DNA of 64,000 nucleotides from the NCBI GenBank assembly GCA_964016885.1, contig OZ024745.1:114886001-114950000 (forward strand), given 5' to 3'. Origin of the DNA: Eledone cirrhosa (taxonomy: Eukaryota). Positions 11,722-24,345 of this stretch are shown piece by piece. The position numbers and the translations under genes were made by a program. How positions within the stretch are numbered: position 1 is the first letter of the stretch; the number at the start of each line of letters is the position of its first letter. The notes under the pieces are model-generated. The model saw nothing but the letters and a program-made list of their open reading frames with translations, was not told where the DNA came from and did not search any database.

Positions 11722-13720
11722 ATTATAATAGAGGTACACAAGATCAAAGACTGGACAGGTTTTAATGTAGTGTAAGTAAAAACAAAAATAAGAAAGCCAG
11801 AGAAAATTTAAATTAGTATCACTGTAACTCAATTCAGAGTGATTGAGAAACACCAAAACATACTCATACAACAGTCCAATGAGTTGCAAGGTACACAGAG
11901 TAATGTACCTTGCCTAAGGACACAGAAACAAAGTTTGAATTAATGAAAATGTACTCAACTGCCATTAAGCTCACAGTCTCTTAGCCCTTTTATTACCACA
12001 TTTGTCATGAAATACACTGCCTAGGATTTTCAAATAATTTTGAAGATAATCAAGAATTTAGAGGGATTTAGTAACAGAACTAACTTTCTCACTATATTGG
12101 TGTTTGGAACAACGATTCTTGCATAAGATTATGATGGAAGTTTTTTTTAGATAAATATAAACACATTAAAATAAATAGGGGTAGTTTTGAAAAGGTTAAA
12201 CTTTATATTTTATAATTTTTAAATACACACTTAATAAAGTCTATAGAATGAGAGAAGAAAGAATCTAAACCTTCAGTCTCTTCATGAATTAAACAATAAA
12301 ACAAGAGTCAGATTTCATAACAATTAGAATCCAAAGGTGTTTTATTGTATTTATTGATCTAATACTTTTTTATTATTATTTGATAAGTAATTAAGATAAG
12401 CAGGTGGAATCTAATCATAGCCCTCACTCTTTCTCTCTGTATGTGTGTGTTTGCAGATACACACGCACACACACACACACACACACACACCTGAATTCAT
12501 AAATAGAATATAAACTCTGAGAGTCTATCTTTTGTCCTTTGTAGGGTAACATCAACTCACTCACTGCACACTAATCAGAATAAAGGAAATTTAAAGACTG
12601 GTGTAGTGACATTAGATGTTTACAGCTTAAAATATTAGTTAAATGAAGGTGGTGATAGGACAATAGAGCACCAGAAATTTTGTACTACCCTTGGAATTGT
12701 TGGTTAACCATTTTGATACCAGACTGCCTGAAACTGGCCCTAGTTTAATGATACTAAGCTGTTCATCTTAAAGTGTTTATATTCATCTAAAAATCTTCCA
12801 TCATAATTTTATGTAAGAACATTTGTTATGTTCCAAACACCAGTTAAATAATGCAAAAGTTTGTTATATTATAAAATCACTCCAAATTTTTGTTTTTTTT
12901 CTAAATTATTGGAAAATCATAGGTAGTGTCTTTCACTAGAAATATGGTAATAAAAAGATGAATACATTAATTAGCAACAAATGAGATGAGCTTAACTTGA
13001 TTTCAGTAACCTGCCTGAAACTGCCCAAAACTGGTTATATGATACAAAACTGCCCATTTTAAAATGTTCATAATATTAAAACCTTATACCACAATTTTAT
13101 TTAAGAAATTTTTTTATTATGTAATGCTCCAAACAACTTACTAATGAAAAAGTTAGTTATTTTATTAAGTTCCTAATTTTTTTTTATTATTTTCAAAATA
13201 AATTGAAATACATAAGCAGAGAAATATAGTAACAAAACCTTATTACTAGTATACTATATGTTGTTATGTAATGCTTATAAAAAATAATTATTCACATCAT
13301 GAGTTTGACAAACCAAGAGAGCCAAACTAGATACTTTGTGCCTGACTGTTTTAAGTTCAATTTCTATCTTCTATGTTAATATTATGCATACCAATGTGGT
13401 AGGGAGGTTAGATTACCTGCTTTAAGGTGTCTTAAACCATACTAGAGCCAAAATTGCCTTTAATCTTTCTTACTTTGAAGAAAGTTAATATCAATAGTAT
13501 AAAACAATGAAAATATGCTGTAATTCTTAATGGAGTGTGGAGTCACTACTGAAATTTTCATTAACATATAGCATATCAAAGATAAGCCATTCTAGTGAAA
13601 CCAATCTACCTCATGCTATTTATAACTAACAGAAATCACAAACATATGATGTAACTGGAATGAAATACTTCAACCAGAAATCTAAAGTTAGATCAAAGTT
13701 AGAAATTGGAAATTGCTTAC

Positions 13721-13859
13721 CATTCAATCCTTGATCTTTGCCAGCTTCATCTGTGTACGTGTAATTTTCCAGGCTGCGTAAATCATACAAGTGTTCCCGT
13801 GAACTGGTGACTACTCTTTCTGAACCATTCTTCACAAGGTAGGATAGTAACAGCAGAGA
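13721..13859 (-). CDS. CLINT1: Clathrin interactor 1 / epsinR exon, ENTH domain (SLLLLSYLVKNGSERVVTSSREHLYDLRSLENYTYTDEAGKDQGLN)
   Basis: ctag acceptor, GTAAGC donor, 139 nt, phase 0 to 1, splices in frame to 2871. Classic ENTH motifs NGSERVV and D..GKDQG; the SAREHIYDLRSLENY-like stretch is the epsinR type. Confidence 0.96.
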
Positions 13860-15156
13860 CTAGACACGCAGGAGATAGGATACAGAATAACAGTATATTT
13901 ACTATCAAATGTAAAGAGATGAAGGGACAATGACAACAAAATCAAAAGTTATTTCAATCAAAATATTCCATAAAGAAAAATAAACATTGGCTAAAGGTGC
14001 ATATGTATGAATGTGTGTAGGGGAGCACATAAAAAAAATAAAGACAAAAGAGTAAGGCAAGTACTTTTTTATAGAAAAAAATCATATAGATGTCCAACTT
14101 CCTGAAAATAACGATGGAATGGTCATGCTTAGAGTGTGTTTGATCATAGGTTTGCAGGATCGAGGTTCATCTTGAGCTAAATGTGTTTGAAAGCCACCAA
14201 TGAAAACTGGTTGCCCTTTCTAATGCCAACCACTTTGCAGTGTGTACAGGAAGCTTTTTTTCATGGCACCAACACTTAGCAGAGTGTACTGGGTGCTTTT
14301 TAACATTATTATATCATAACTCTCCTAAAGAATCAATCTTACAGAACCAGAGACAATCTGCTATATAATGAAGATTTCAAAAGCAGGTTATTGCAACAAT
14401 TATGACCATCATAATATATTGCTGGTCTACCATTTCATTGCCTTCAACACTCACCATATCAGCTGTTGAGAAAACCTTCCTTATCAGCATTGTATAGGCA
14501 GACCTATAGTATAGAAACAGATAGTTTGGCAAAACATTCAACCATTATTTTTGTCCTGTGACTCTCTGTTGTTTAGCCCACAAGTTACAGCCAATTCAGT
14601 CATGACCATTCAATCATTTTTACCCATGTGTCATGTATACAAGGGAAGCAGTCATTTATGTGTCCTTTCCTTTTTCCTAAAGATATTGTATGATATGAGG
14701 TAAATATAGCCTTTATTTCTAGCAACTTGAGCGAGTATGTAGACATTCTCTCATTGACATTTTGCCATCTTGTCTATATCATAGGTTAAAATATACATTC
14801 TCTAATTTGAATGACAATAGAGAATAGCCTGGTTTCAACTAATTCTGTTACACATACACATAATAGAACTCAGTATTAACTATTAACACCCTGTAATAAT
14901 TTAGCAGAATATCTAAAAATAGGGCTTCATTAATTCAATTGTGTATAGTTGTTTACTAATGGACAGATCATTGTAAATATTTGCAATATTCACATGATGC
15001 AGTCTTAGTGCAGTTTTGTGCTTTTCAAGAATGTCTTGCTAATGTGGTTTCATGTGGTACATGACATTAAGAGTTAAAGAATAGGTTTAATCATCATCAC
15101 CATTTTGATAGAAAAAAAAAAAAAGCTGGCATAGTAGTTAGGATTTATTGTAAAAA

Positions 15157-15356
15157 NNNNNNNNNNNNNNNNNNNNNNNNNNNNNNNNNNNNNNNNNNNN
15201 NNNNNNNNNNNNNNNNNNNNNNNNNNNNNNNNNNNNNNNNNNNNNNNNNNNNNNNNNNNNNNNNNNNNNNNNNNNNNNNNNNNNNNNNNNNNNNNNNNNN
15301 NNNNNNNNNNNNNNNNNNNNNNNNNNNNNNNNNNNNNNNNNNNNNNNNNNNNNNNN
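15157..15356. other. Assembly gap (200 N)
   Basis: Run of exactly 200 Ns; a round number suggests a placeholder of unknown true size. Confidence 0.99.
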
Positions 15357-15494
15357 TTATTTTCAAAATAAATTGAAACATATAGGCAGTGTATTTCATT
15401 AAAGATATAGTAACAAAAGAGTTAATTACTAGTTTTACTGTGTCATTATGTTGAGTCATGGTTAAAGAATATAATTCTGCTTGCTTCAGTCTGC

Positions 15495-15896
15495 CTAGGT
15501 AACAAAAGTCTCTTCTACTTCATGGTTGTGTTTAGTATTAGAAAGAGTTGAATCCAATTCAATCCAGAGCTGCCTTACTCCTGTTGGAGGAACCACTCCC
15601 TGGTTAACCTCCACCTCATTCTGTTTGGTTTTTGTCATGTCAGGGATGTAGCTGTACTCATTATGCTTGGCTAATTGTGGGTTGGTGAGGCTTTTTAACC
15701 CATAGTTGGGGTGGATGGCTGTTGACTGAGGAGTTAATTTCCCCCTTTTAACAGCTTTTGCTTTTTGTTTTACTACAGTTCCACTTACCCTCCTCACCAA
15801 ATCAGGGTCTGGTGGGGGAGCCAATTTAGTTTGCTGACCACTCCACCATGAAGCAAGAGTATCCAGGTGTAAATATTTTTTTACAAAATCGTCCAT
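15495..15896 (-). CDS. Hypothetical 133-aa protein, no recognised family
   Basis: ATG-to-TAG ORF, not low complexity, more GC-rich than its flanks, not matching any repeat seen elsewhere in the window. Confidence 0.4.
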   Translation of the reverse strand: MDDFVKKYLHLDTLASWWSGQQTKLAPPPDPDLVRRVSGTVVKQKAKAVKRGKLTPQSTAIHPNYGLKSLTNPQLAKHNEYSYIPDMTKTKQNEVEVNQGVVPPTGVRQLWIELDSTLSNTKHNHEVEETFVT

Positions 15897-17742
15897 TCAA
15901 ACACTATTTCTTTTTTTTTTATCATTGGTGAGATAGTTTTTACAAGTTCAAGTACTTGCAAATTGTTGGAGCAATTCTTATATTGCTGCTGTGCTAACCA
16001 TTTAACCACCTCCATCATCCATTTTTATATGCTAGCATGGTTAGATGAGTTGTCCCATTGTGAGACAAGTCAGAGTAGATGACCATGTCTTGCTCATATA
16101 GAACTGTTTCTGGTTTGGTTTCTACACCTGAATCCCTTCCTAACATCATTTACAGTGTGGACTGAGTGCTTTTTGTCGTGGCACCAAAACAACCAACTGA
16201 CAAATTGGACTGGGTACTTTCTCGTTGTGCCATCAGCACGACCACTTTACAAAATGAAGTGGGTGCTTTTTGCAATGTCACCAACACAACCACTTTACCA
16301 TGTAAGAATGAAATCTGAAATCAGTCATGTATATTCAGGCAAGTAAACTTACCTGCATGGATATGGGTGTAGTAATAAGACTCATCACATCACCACAGTT
16401 ATATTAAAATACTGTTTTCAAGTAACTTGATATCAACAATGCCTGAAGCAACCACAGAATTGTCAGATTTATAACACAAAATTATAATAAATTTGGAACT
16501 TTGGCAACATAAAAATAAACTTATATTTCTCCTGGCTACAGATTACAATTTATGATTTGGGTGTGGTGTTAATAAAAATAAATATGCAACTGAATAGTTC
16601 TTAAAGATGCCAAGTCTCAAAATAAAATGGTGAGGTTTAGATAGAATTTGATGGAAATACACAACTGTACACACATATCCAACCATATGGGAAAAGCAAG
16701 CAAACAAAACAAAACAAAAAAAAACATTAAACTAGTAATTATAATAATCATTATTAAAGTTCAAACTAAAATTACTAGACAACTTGAAGTGCAGTAAATT
16801 AAAGGAGGTGAGTTACAGGAGGATTGGTTTGAAGAATTTAAGAGAGGATTATTAAGTCCCAGTAAAGATTAAAACATTATTCTGAAGAAATGATACACTT
16901 AAAAAATTAAATCAATATCATCATTTAATGTCTGTTTTCCCTGTTAGCAAGAATTGTTCTGAAGATAAGGTGTTTCAGTAATTTAGTTAATTTATAGTAT
17001 TGAAAAATAAAAATTTTAAATAAACAGATAAAAAATAAATTGAAAAATAGATAAAAATAAACAAAATGGACAGAATAGATTCTGATATTTCCATACTCTT
17101 GTGTGTTAAAGATGGAGTTTGTAAAAGGGAAAAATAATAGAGAATAACATAACTTTGACAAAGCTTTCAGAAACTACTTAATTCATTAACTAACATGTTA
17201 TTCAAAACTATTGTTTACATGTTATTGATGCAAGCAAGCTATATTTTGAAACCAAAAAGATGATCTAAAAGACATTAGAAGAGCTGGCAGTGAACATGTT
17301 ATATATAGAGTTCATTTTAAAGTTACCCAATCCCTAATGTACAGTTAAATATAGCAAAATAAAACCTGAAGGAGTATATGCTGTGTGTTTCTTCACTTAA
17401 AGGTATTGTCTGCTGGGCCCATGCAGTTCCTTGGGACACCATCTGATGGTGTAAAGGTGACTCCATATATCACAGCCTTTGAGAGGCATTCTTACATGGC
17501 TACTGAGACAGCTGTGACATGATCACATTTTAATACATTCATAGCATTTCTTACACATAAATATATTGTATATGTATATACAATATATATATTGTATATA
17601 CACCTCTTTTATGAATCATACTATTGCTGATAGATTCTAGCCAATCAAATTTGTACTATATATAAATGAGGATCTTCAGCAGATGTTTTAGATGCAAAAC
17701 GTATATAAGCTATAGCTTATTCTTATCTCAGTAGAGTGAGTA

Positions 17743-17790
17743 AACATCACCGATGATAGATATGATCCCGAAACACGAGTGTCTGTTGTT
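17743..17790 (+). ncRNA. Degenerate type I hammerhead ribozyme
   Basis: aacatca-CCGATGA-tagatatgatccc-GAAA-cac-ga-gtg-TC-tgttgtt: stem I 6/7 paired, near-palindromic stem III, GUC site; one core substitution and an eroded stem II. Confidence 0.7.
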
Positions 17791-18545
17791 CTCACATAGC
17801 TACAGAAATAGCTGTGACGCAACCTCAGCTTATGACATTCTTAGTTTATTATACATATGTACATTTCCCCCTACCCAATTTCATTATGTTAACCCAAGGT
17901 GATGGTAAATAAAAAAAAAACAAAAAAAAACTTGTCTACAAGTACAACAAAGTGAGACTGAACCTGGAACATCATGTTTAAGATTCCATTAGATGGATTG
18001 TACTAGTAATTCAAAGAGTCAATCTTGTTACACACGCTGTCACTCTGAATCTTGCTGAGAATTATGGGTCTGTGGAATATTCAGTCATTTACAAGTTAAT
18101 TTAAGGAATAGGTCATTTCATTGACTAAACTGGAACACACTTCATTGAAACTGCCAGAGAACCATTTATTTTTATCTTTCATGTATACATATGGAGCTGC
18201 ACATGGAAAAATTTTCTCTAAGGCAGAGGCTTGGGAAAGGTTTTTGTGTGGAAGACTAGCAGTTGCCTATGCTTACAAGTCTTCCCTCTCCATTCCACCA
18301 AAGCTGTTCAAGAGAAAGGCAATGACTGATACAGTTTGGCACCTGTGATGTCATAGGCAAACCCAGGGCATAAATATCTTAAAGATAGTACAAGGAATTA
18401 AATGTTTAGTGTGGAATACAAAAAATATTCTGAATGAAAATATAAACAGAGCATATAAATAAATTTAGAGTAGAATAACATAAATATGTTTTAAAATAAC
18501 AGATTAGGACAATGGGATTGATGAGTTAATATCTGTATACAACAA

Positions 18546-18950
18546 CTACAACGGTACATGATGGGGCCCACCCACAGCCCCGGCAGACAGAATGGAGAAG
18601 GCGTTTCCCCGGAGAACGGCAAGGGAGACGCGCTGGAAAAGCCACTCCAACTCGCAGGGCTCACACCTGCGGCTGGCCAGCTCAGCGCCTATGGTGGTGA
18701 GTAAGGAGGTAGCCCTGGGGCCCGAGGACACCAGAAGTCTCCACTGCCAGAAGTACGACCGCAAACCTGTCGGAGAGCGACCAGTATTTGAGGAGTTTGG
18801 CCCCCTCAGCCCGACGTGCAGCAGAACCTGGGTCAGTCGCAGACTGCACCAGGTTGTGGCTGCAGAAAGTGTCGGTGCAAGTGGCATCCAAGACGAGGGG
18901 TTTGCCACCGTGGAATGGGAAGATGGTCAGGCCATCTGGCCTTTTGCTGT
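18546..18950 (-). mobile_element. CRE-like non-LTR retrotransposon RLE fragment (copy 2, frameshifted)
   Basis: KRPDGLTIFPFHGGKPLVLDATCTDTF..AEGAKLLKY..AVETSG..LFQRVSLAVLRGNAFSIL, including the RPDG..D motif of PD-(D/E)xK-type RLEs. Confidence 0.82.
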
Positions 18951-18973
18951 CCCCTCATGCTCTAAACAATTCC

Positions 18974-19050
18974 ATATTTCATCCTTTCATGATCAATAAC
19001 ATCCCATTCCTCTGAACTGGGATGTTATTCATCATGAAAGGATGAAATAT
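18974..19050. repeat. Inverted repeat, 33-bp arms (1 mismatch), 11-nt loop
   Basis: 18974-19006 is the reverse complement of 19018-19050 except at one position. Confidence 0.9.
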
Positions 19051-19194
19051 AGAGTTGACCTAGGCAGGATTTAATGTTAGAGTGCAGAGAGATGGAATAA
19101 CACAAGGCATTTAATTTGATGATCCAACAATTCTGCCTATTCTGTACCCTACAAGTGTATATATGCACAAGCATACATGTGTACACACACACAC

Positions 19195-19244
<50 letters not shown>

Positions 19245-19826
19245 CAGAGAGAGAGGGAGAAAGTGATTCAACAAGTTGTAGTTTGCCAGATGCCAGATGG
19301 TCATTAAAAATGTAACACATTCACAGTGAAATAACATAACTCCATACATGTGTTGGTATGTATTTATATAAAAGTTTAAAATAATCCTAAAACATGTTTC
19401 TCAAAAAGGGTTTATGATATTAAAAAGTATTTCATACTAATTTTCATACACTATCACATTCCGACATGCATATGCTATATATACACAAACATACCATATG
19501 CTATATACACACACATGTACTATGTATACACACATGCTATATACACATATGCATGTTCACGAACACATGCAAACACATACACAGGCACACAGAGATACAA
19601 ATACACAGAGATACACACAAACACACACACAAACTACTCATGAATAGTTGATACACTGGTTTCAACAAATATATGTTCCATTTGTTTAATGCAACAAATA
19701 TTATAATTGATTAGAGTAAGTGATTGAGATTTACACAGACACGTGTACTCTTAATTGGAACTCTAAGAAATAATTGGTCAGAAGTTCCAATTCAATGCAA
19801 GCCATATATATATGCATGTATGTTGG

Positions 19827-20780
19827 CATGTCAAAAATGGTGGTATATAGCCATATATGTTAGCATATCAAAAGTGGTGGTATATAGCTATATATGAATG
19901 TCAAAAGTGGTGGTATAAAGCTATATATGTATGTCAAAAGTGATGGTATATAGCTATATATGAATGTCAAAAGTGATGGTATATAGCTATATATGAATGT
20001 CAAAAGTGGTGGTATAAAGCTATATATCTATGTCAAAAGTGGTAGTATATAGCTATATATATATAAGTCAAAAGTGGTGGTATATAGCTATATATGAATG
20101 TCAAAAGTGGTGGTATATAGCTATATATGTATGTATGTCAAAAGTAGTGATATATAGCTATATATGTCAAAAGTAGTGATATATAGCTATATATGTCAAA
20201 AGTGGTGGTATATAGCTATATATGTATGTATGTCAAAAGTGGTGGTATATAGCTATATATGTCAAAAGTGGTGGTATACAGCTATATATGTATGTCAAAA
20301 GTGATGGTATATAGCTATATATGTATGTCAAAAGTGGTGCTATATAATTATATATGTATGTCAAAAGTGGTGGTATAAAGCTATATATGTATGTCAAAAG
20401 TGGTGGTATATAGCTATATATGAATGTCAAAAGTGGTGGTATATAGCTATATATGTATGTATGTCAAAATTAGTGATATATAGCTATATATGTCAAAATT
20501 AGTGATATATAGCTATATATGTCAAAAGTGGTGGTATATAGCTATATATGTATGTATGTCAAAAGTGGTCGTATATAGCTATATATATATATATGTATGT
20601 CAAAAGTGGTGTATAAAGATATATATGTATGTCAAAAGTGGTAGTATATAGCTATATATGTATGTCAAAAGTGGTGGTATATAGCTATATATGTATGTCA
20701 ACAGTGGTGGTATATAGCTCTATATACATGTCAAAAGTGGTAGCCTTATATGTAAGCATGTCAGAAGTGGTTGTATGTAG
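19827..20780. repeat. Minisatellite, about 30 copies of a 28-40 bp unit gtcaaaagtggtggtatatagctatatat(gtat)n
   Basis: Directly visible tandem array with variable (gtat)/(ta) spacer. Confidence 0.97.
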
Positions 20781-21424
20781 TAAAGAACGTAACTGAAACC
20801 ATTTAAAACGTAGCATTTTACAACAAGAAAAATAACAAGTAAATGAAAGACCACAGAAAACACCAGAGCAAACAATTCAACAGCAATGAAGATGTTGATG
20901 ATGATAATGTTGATATTTTTCATGATCAGCTTGAATATATATCTAAGTTGACATCTATAGTAAAGATGTAGGCTGAGGTTTTACAGAGGAAAGACCGAGA
21001 AAAAGGGGGAAAAAAGGCTGGTGTATAGTTTTTGTGGATCATCATCATCATCATCATCGTCGTTTAACGTCTATCTTCCATGCTAGCATGGGTTACAGAA
21101 TGGAAATCAGAAGAAGAGTGTGATATATGGGTCTGGATGGAAGTGACACACAACTAGCTGATTCAGGGCTAGAGTCCTTTGTAGTAGAGACAAATAGGTA
21201 GAGAATTGTCTGAGATGTGTTTGATTCTATTGTTGATGATGATAATGATGATGGTAATGTTCCAATGTCGTTGTAGGCATTGAAAACAATGATGATGGTG
21301 TTGATGTCAGATGATGCTGATGTCATGTGATGATATTGAAGATGATCAAAGGGGTTCTGTCTGTAACCATCCCATCTTTTTTTGTATATCTAAGACTACA
21401 CTGTTCAATGTGTTAATCCTTTTA

Positions 21425-21653
21425 AAACCATTTTGATACCAAATCACCTGAAACCTCCCAAGATTTTATAACACAAAACTGTTTTTAAATGTTTAAATTT
21501 ATTTAAAACCTTCCCATCATAATTTTTTATTCTAAATACCAACTTAGTAATGACAACATTAGTTATATACAAAATCCCTCTAAATGTTTGATTATTTTCA
21601 AAATCAATTGGAAATCAGTGTCTTTCATTAGATATATGCTACAAAAGGGTTAA
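21425..21653. mobile_element. TTAA-associated (piggyBac-like) MITE family, diverged
   Basis: Begins ccattttgatacc and ends aaaagggttaa. Related copies at about 12705-12965, 13010-13240, 26220-26476, 41890-42135 and 48115-48340. Confidence 0.55.
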
Positions 21654-22789
21654 GAAAATAAGGTGCAATATAAGGGAATTTGGCAGCTAATTCCAGCAGG
21701 TCAAGCAACCTCGTAGAGACTCAGTATGTCAACTCAAAGGTGATTATCATAATGATGATTAGGATGTTGACAACAATAATGTAATTATGATAAAGTTGAT
21801 TATCATGAGAAACAAATGATGGCAGGTACTTGGAAAACTAGCAATACTTGCTAAAGTATGCTATATCACATACAAATGGCAGCTGTTGCCATGAAAAGAG
21901 ACAGACACAGACAGACCCAAAAATACAACAACAAAAAATGAAAAACTGAAAAATATTAAAATAACAAATGAATAAATAATATTACTATTGGTCATTAACA
22001 TGTTTTATTTTTCTCATCTTTCACAGTTTATTTTTATTTTTGTTAATATATTTACTTCTCGTTCTTGGCTTCATTAAGAAAGCCAGTGAGCTATCAGTAT
22101 GATTGAGTTATGATTTAATAATTCATTCAAACAAATGATTTATGCAAAACCTGAAATGAAGACACAAAACCTAATGTGAAAACCATCTAATAAAATATTC
22201 AGGAAATTTCTAAGATTTAACTGGAATTAGACATTTCTTCTTGAGTATATTATAATGATTTAAAAGAATCTTTTACATAATCACACACCTGCTAGAAGAA
22301 GAAATGAAATCTCCTTTTAATCACACCCTACCATTTTAAAAAGAGTAGGTTTGTCTGGATAAAATAGTCACTGAAAGACTGAATGGTCAAGGATGATCCT
22401 AGGTCTGTTTGACCAGAGAGAGAGAACTGACAGAGGTTAAACATTGAAATAGAACGGATGTATTTACAGGGTGCAACTTCAGCTATTTGTATTTTATGAT
22501 CACTGCTGCTCTATGCCTGTTTATTAAAAAAAAAAAACATTACTTGACACTCAAGGATGCATCCTGCTCAACTGAGAAAAGGAACCACTAGATCATACAG
22601 CTCACTTGTTCAGCTGAAGCTCCCACAGACTTTTAAGTTTGAAAAATAAGGAACAATTACAGAGGATAGACCACCACCCTATTTAAGTGAAGATAAAATA
22701 AAACAGTGACCCTCAAAAATAATTCACATTCTTCCTGCTTAGAAAACACAATTTTTACTTTAAAATATTAGAGTGGGGTGGGGGTAGTG

Positions 22790-23060
22790 GAGGCATTTGG
22801 CCTAGTGTGGTAAGGGTGTTGGACTTACAATCATAATGTCATGGGTTTAATTCCTGGACTGGGTTGTGCTCTTGAGCAAAGCACTTCATTTCCCATTGCT
22901 CTAGTATACTCAACTGAAAATAAATACAGCAGTAACTGAGGGCTTAACACTGGCATCCTATCCAGGGAGAAGTCTTATACTCTTAGTTGCTTAACACTAC
23001 AAAAACCGAGATAAGCACTGGCCTGGTGAGCCTCCGGGTTTAAGTAAGACTTTAGACTAG
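22790..23060 (+). mobile_element. CORE-type tRNA SINE
   Basis: ggaggcatttggcctagtg..gggtttaattcc head followed by cttgagcaaagcacttcatttc CORE block. Confidence 0.7.
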
Positions 23061-24039
23061 AATTGGAGACTCCTCACATACTGATATTAATGTCTTATGG
23101 TTAATTAAAAGTAATCATTTTTATTTCTCTCTAATGGCAATCTAACGGATCAGTTTATTTTTTTCAATTGTATCCCCAGCAATTTACTGTTTGCATTTTC
23201 TTCTCTTTTAATTAGTCAGACAAGAGCCAGGACTTAATTAGACAGATAGAGTCAGGATTTAGCTAGTTTCCATTATAATACAAGATGAATGCTACTGAAC
23301 TATTATTATTATTAAACAATTATTATTACTTGCATAACTTCATAGTCATTAATCATCTGTATTAATTAATGATTTTGTTTTCTCCTTTTCTCTATAATCT
23401 TCCATTATTTTCTAGCTCAGCAACACCAGAGCAGATGATATTGTCTCAATACAAGGATTTATTAGCAGATTTTTTTTTTTTTTTTTGCTGTTGTCTTGGA
23501 AATGGGTTTATATAAAAGAAAAACATCTGTTATGGCAGCAACAAGATTTATAGTCTTGTACTTTCATTTATTTATTTATTCATTCATTTCATTATAAAGC
23601 TTTCAATTCTACTCTTTTGTAATTCCTTATCAGATTAAAAAAAGTAAGTCTCAGGATGGTGGGGTGCAGTGAGTGCTTATTGTTGCTCACTCACCCATTT
23701 ATCAGTCCACCTGATGCTAATACTAACAGGCCCAGTCCTTGGTTATATCTGATCTGTACTACTGTTATTTTGATTTGGAGTATATCTAATTTGTGTCACT
23801 GTATGTAGCTCTTGCTAGAGCTGTATTATTATAAGAGTCAGCATTATTATTGAAGATACCAGTAATGTATATATACATAAACATATATACATACACACAT
23901 ATATATATATATATGTATGTATATATGTTTATCAGACACCATCCATTTCAAGGCCATCACCATGATCCCCCTCCAGCAGCGTAATATCTGTACCTCAACC
24001 CCAACCCTCACCAATGCCTCCTGAGCTAGTTCTGGCCCC

Positions 24040-24345
24040 TCAACAAAAATACCCAGTCAGCCCTGTAAAGTGATACTGCTGGTGCTACAATGAAAAACAC
24101 CCAGTCCACTCTGTAAAGGAAGGGCATCCAGCCTTAGAAACCATACTCCGAGTACATACTGTAAAGTGATTGTGTTAGGAAGGGCATCCAGCCATACAAA
24201 GCATGCTACCAGTACACGCTGTAAAGTGGTTGCTGTTAGGAAGGACATCCAGCCATAGAAACCAAGCCAAAACAAAATGTATGAACAGGACCTAGTCACC
24301 CTCAGCACAAGGCAGCTGTCTAACTTATGCAAGCATGGAAAAATA
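24040..24345 (+). repeat. Degenerate tandem repeats of the ~45-bp RTE 3'UTR unit
   Basis: Repeated cccagtacactgtaaagtg and aggaagggcatccagcc modules. Confidence 0.7.

Noticed and set aside
17402-17522. Plus-strand 39-codon open segment after an AG
   Set aside because: No recognisable homology and no partner exons.
19827-20780. CRISPR-like regular repeat
   Set aside because: No unique spacers and no cas genes; eukaryotic minisatellite.
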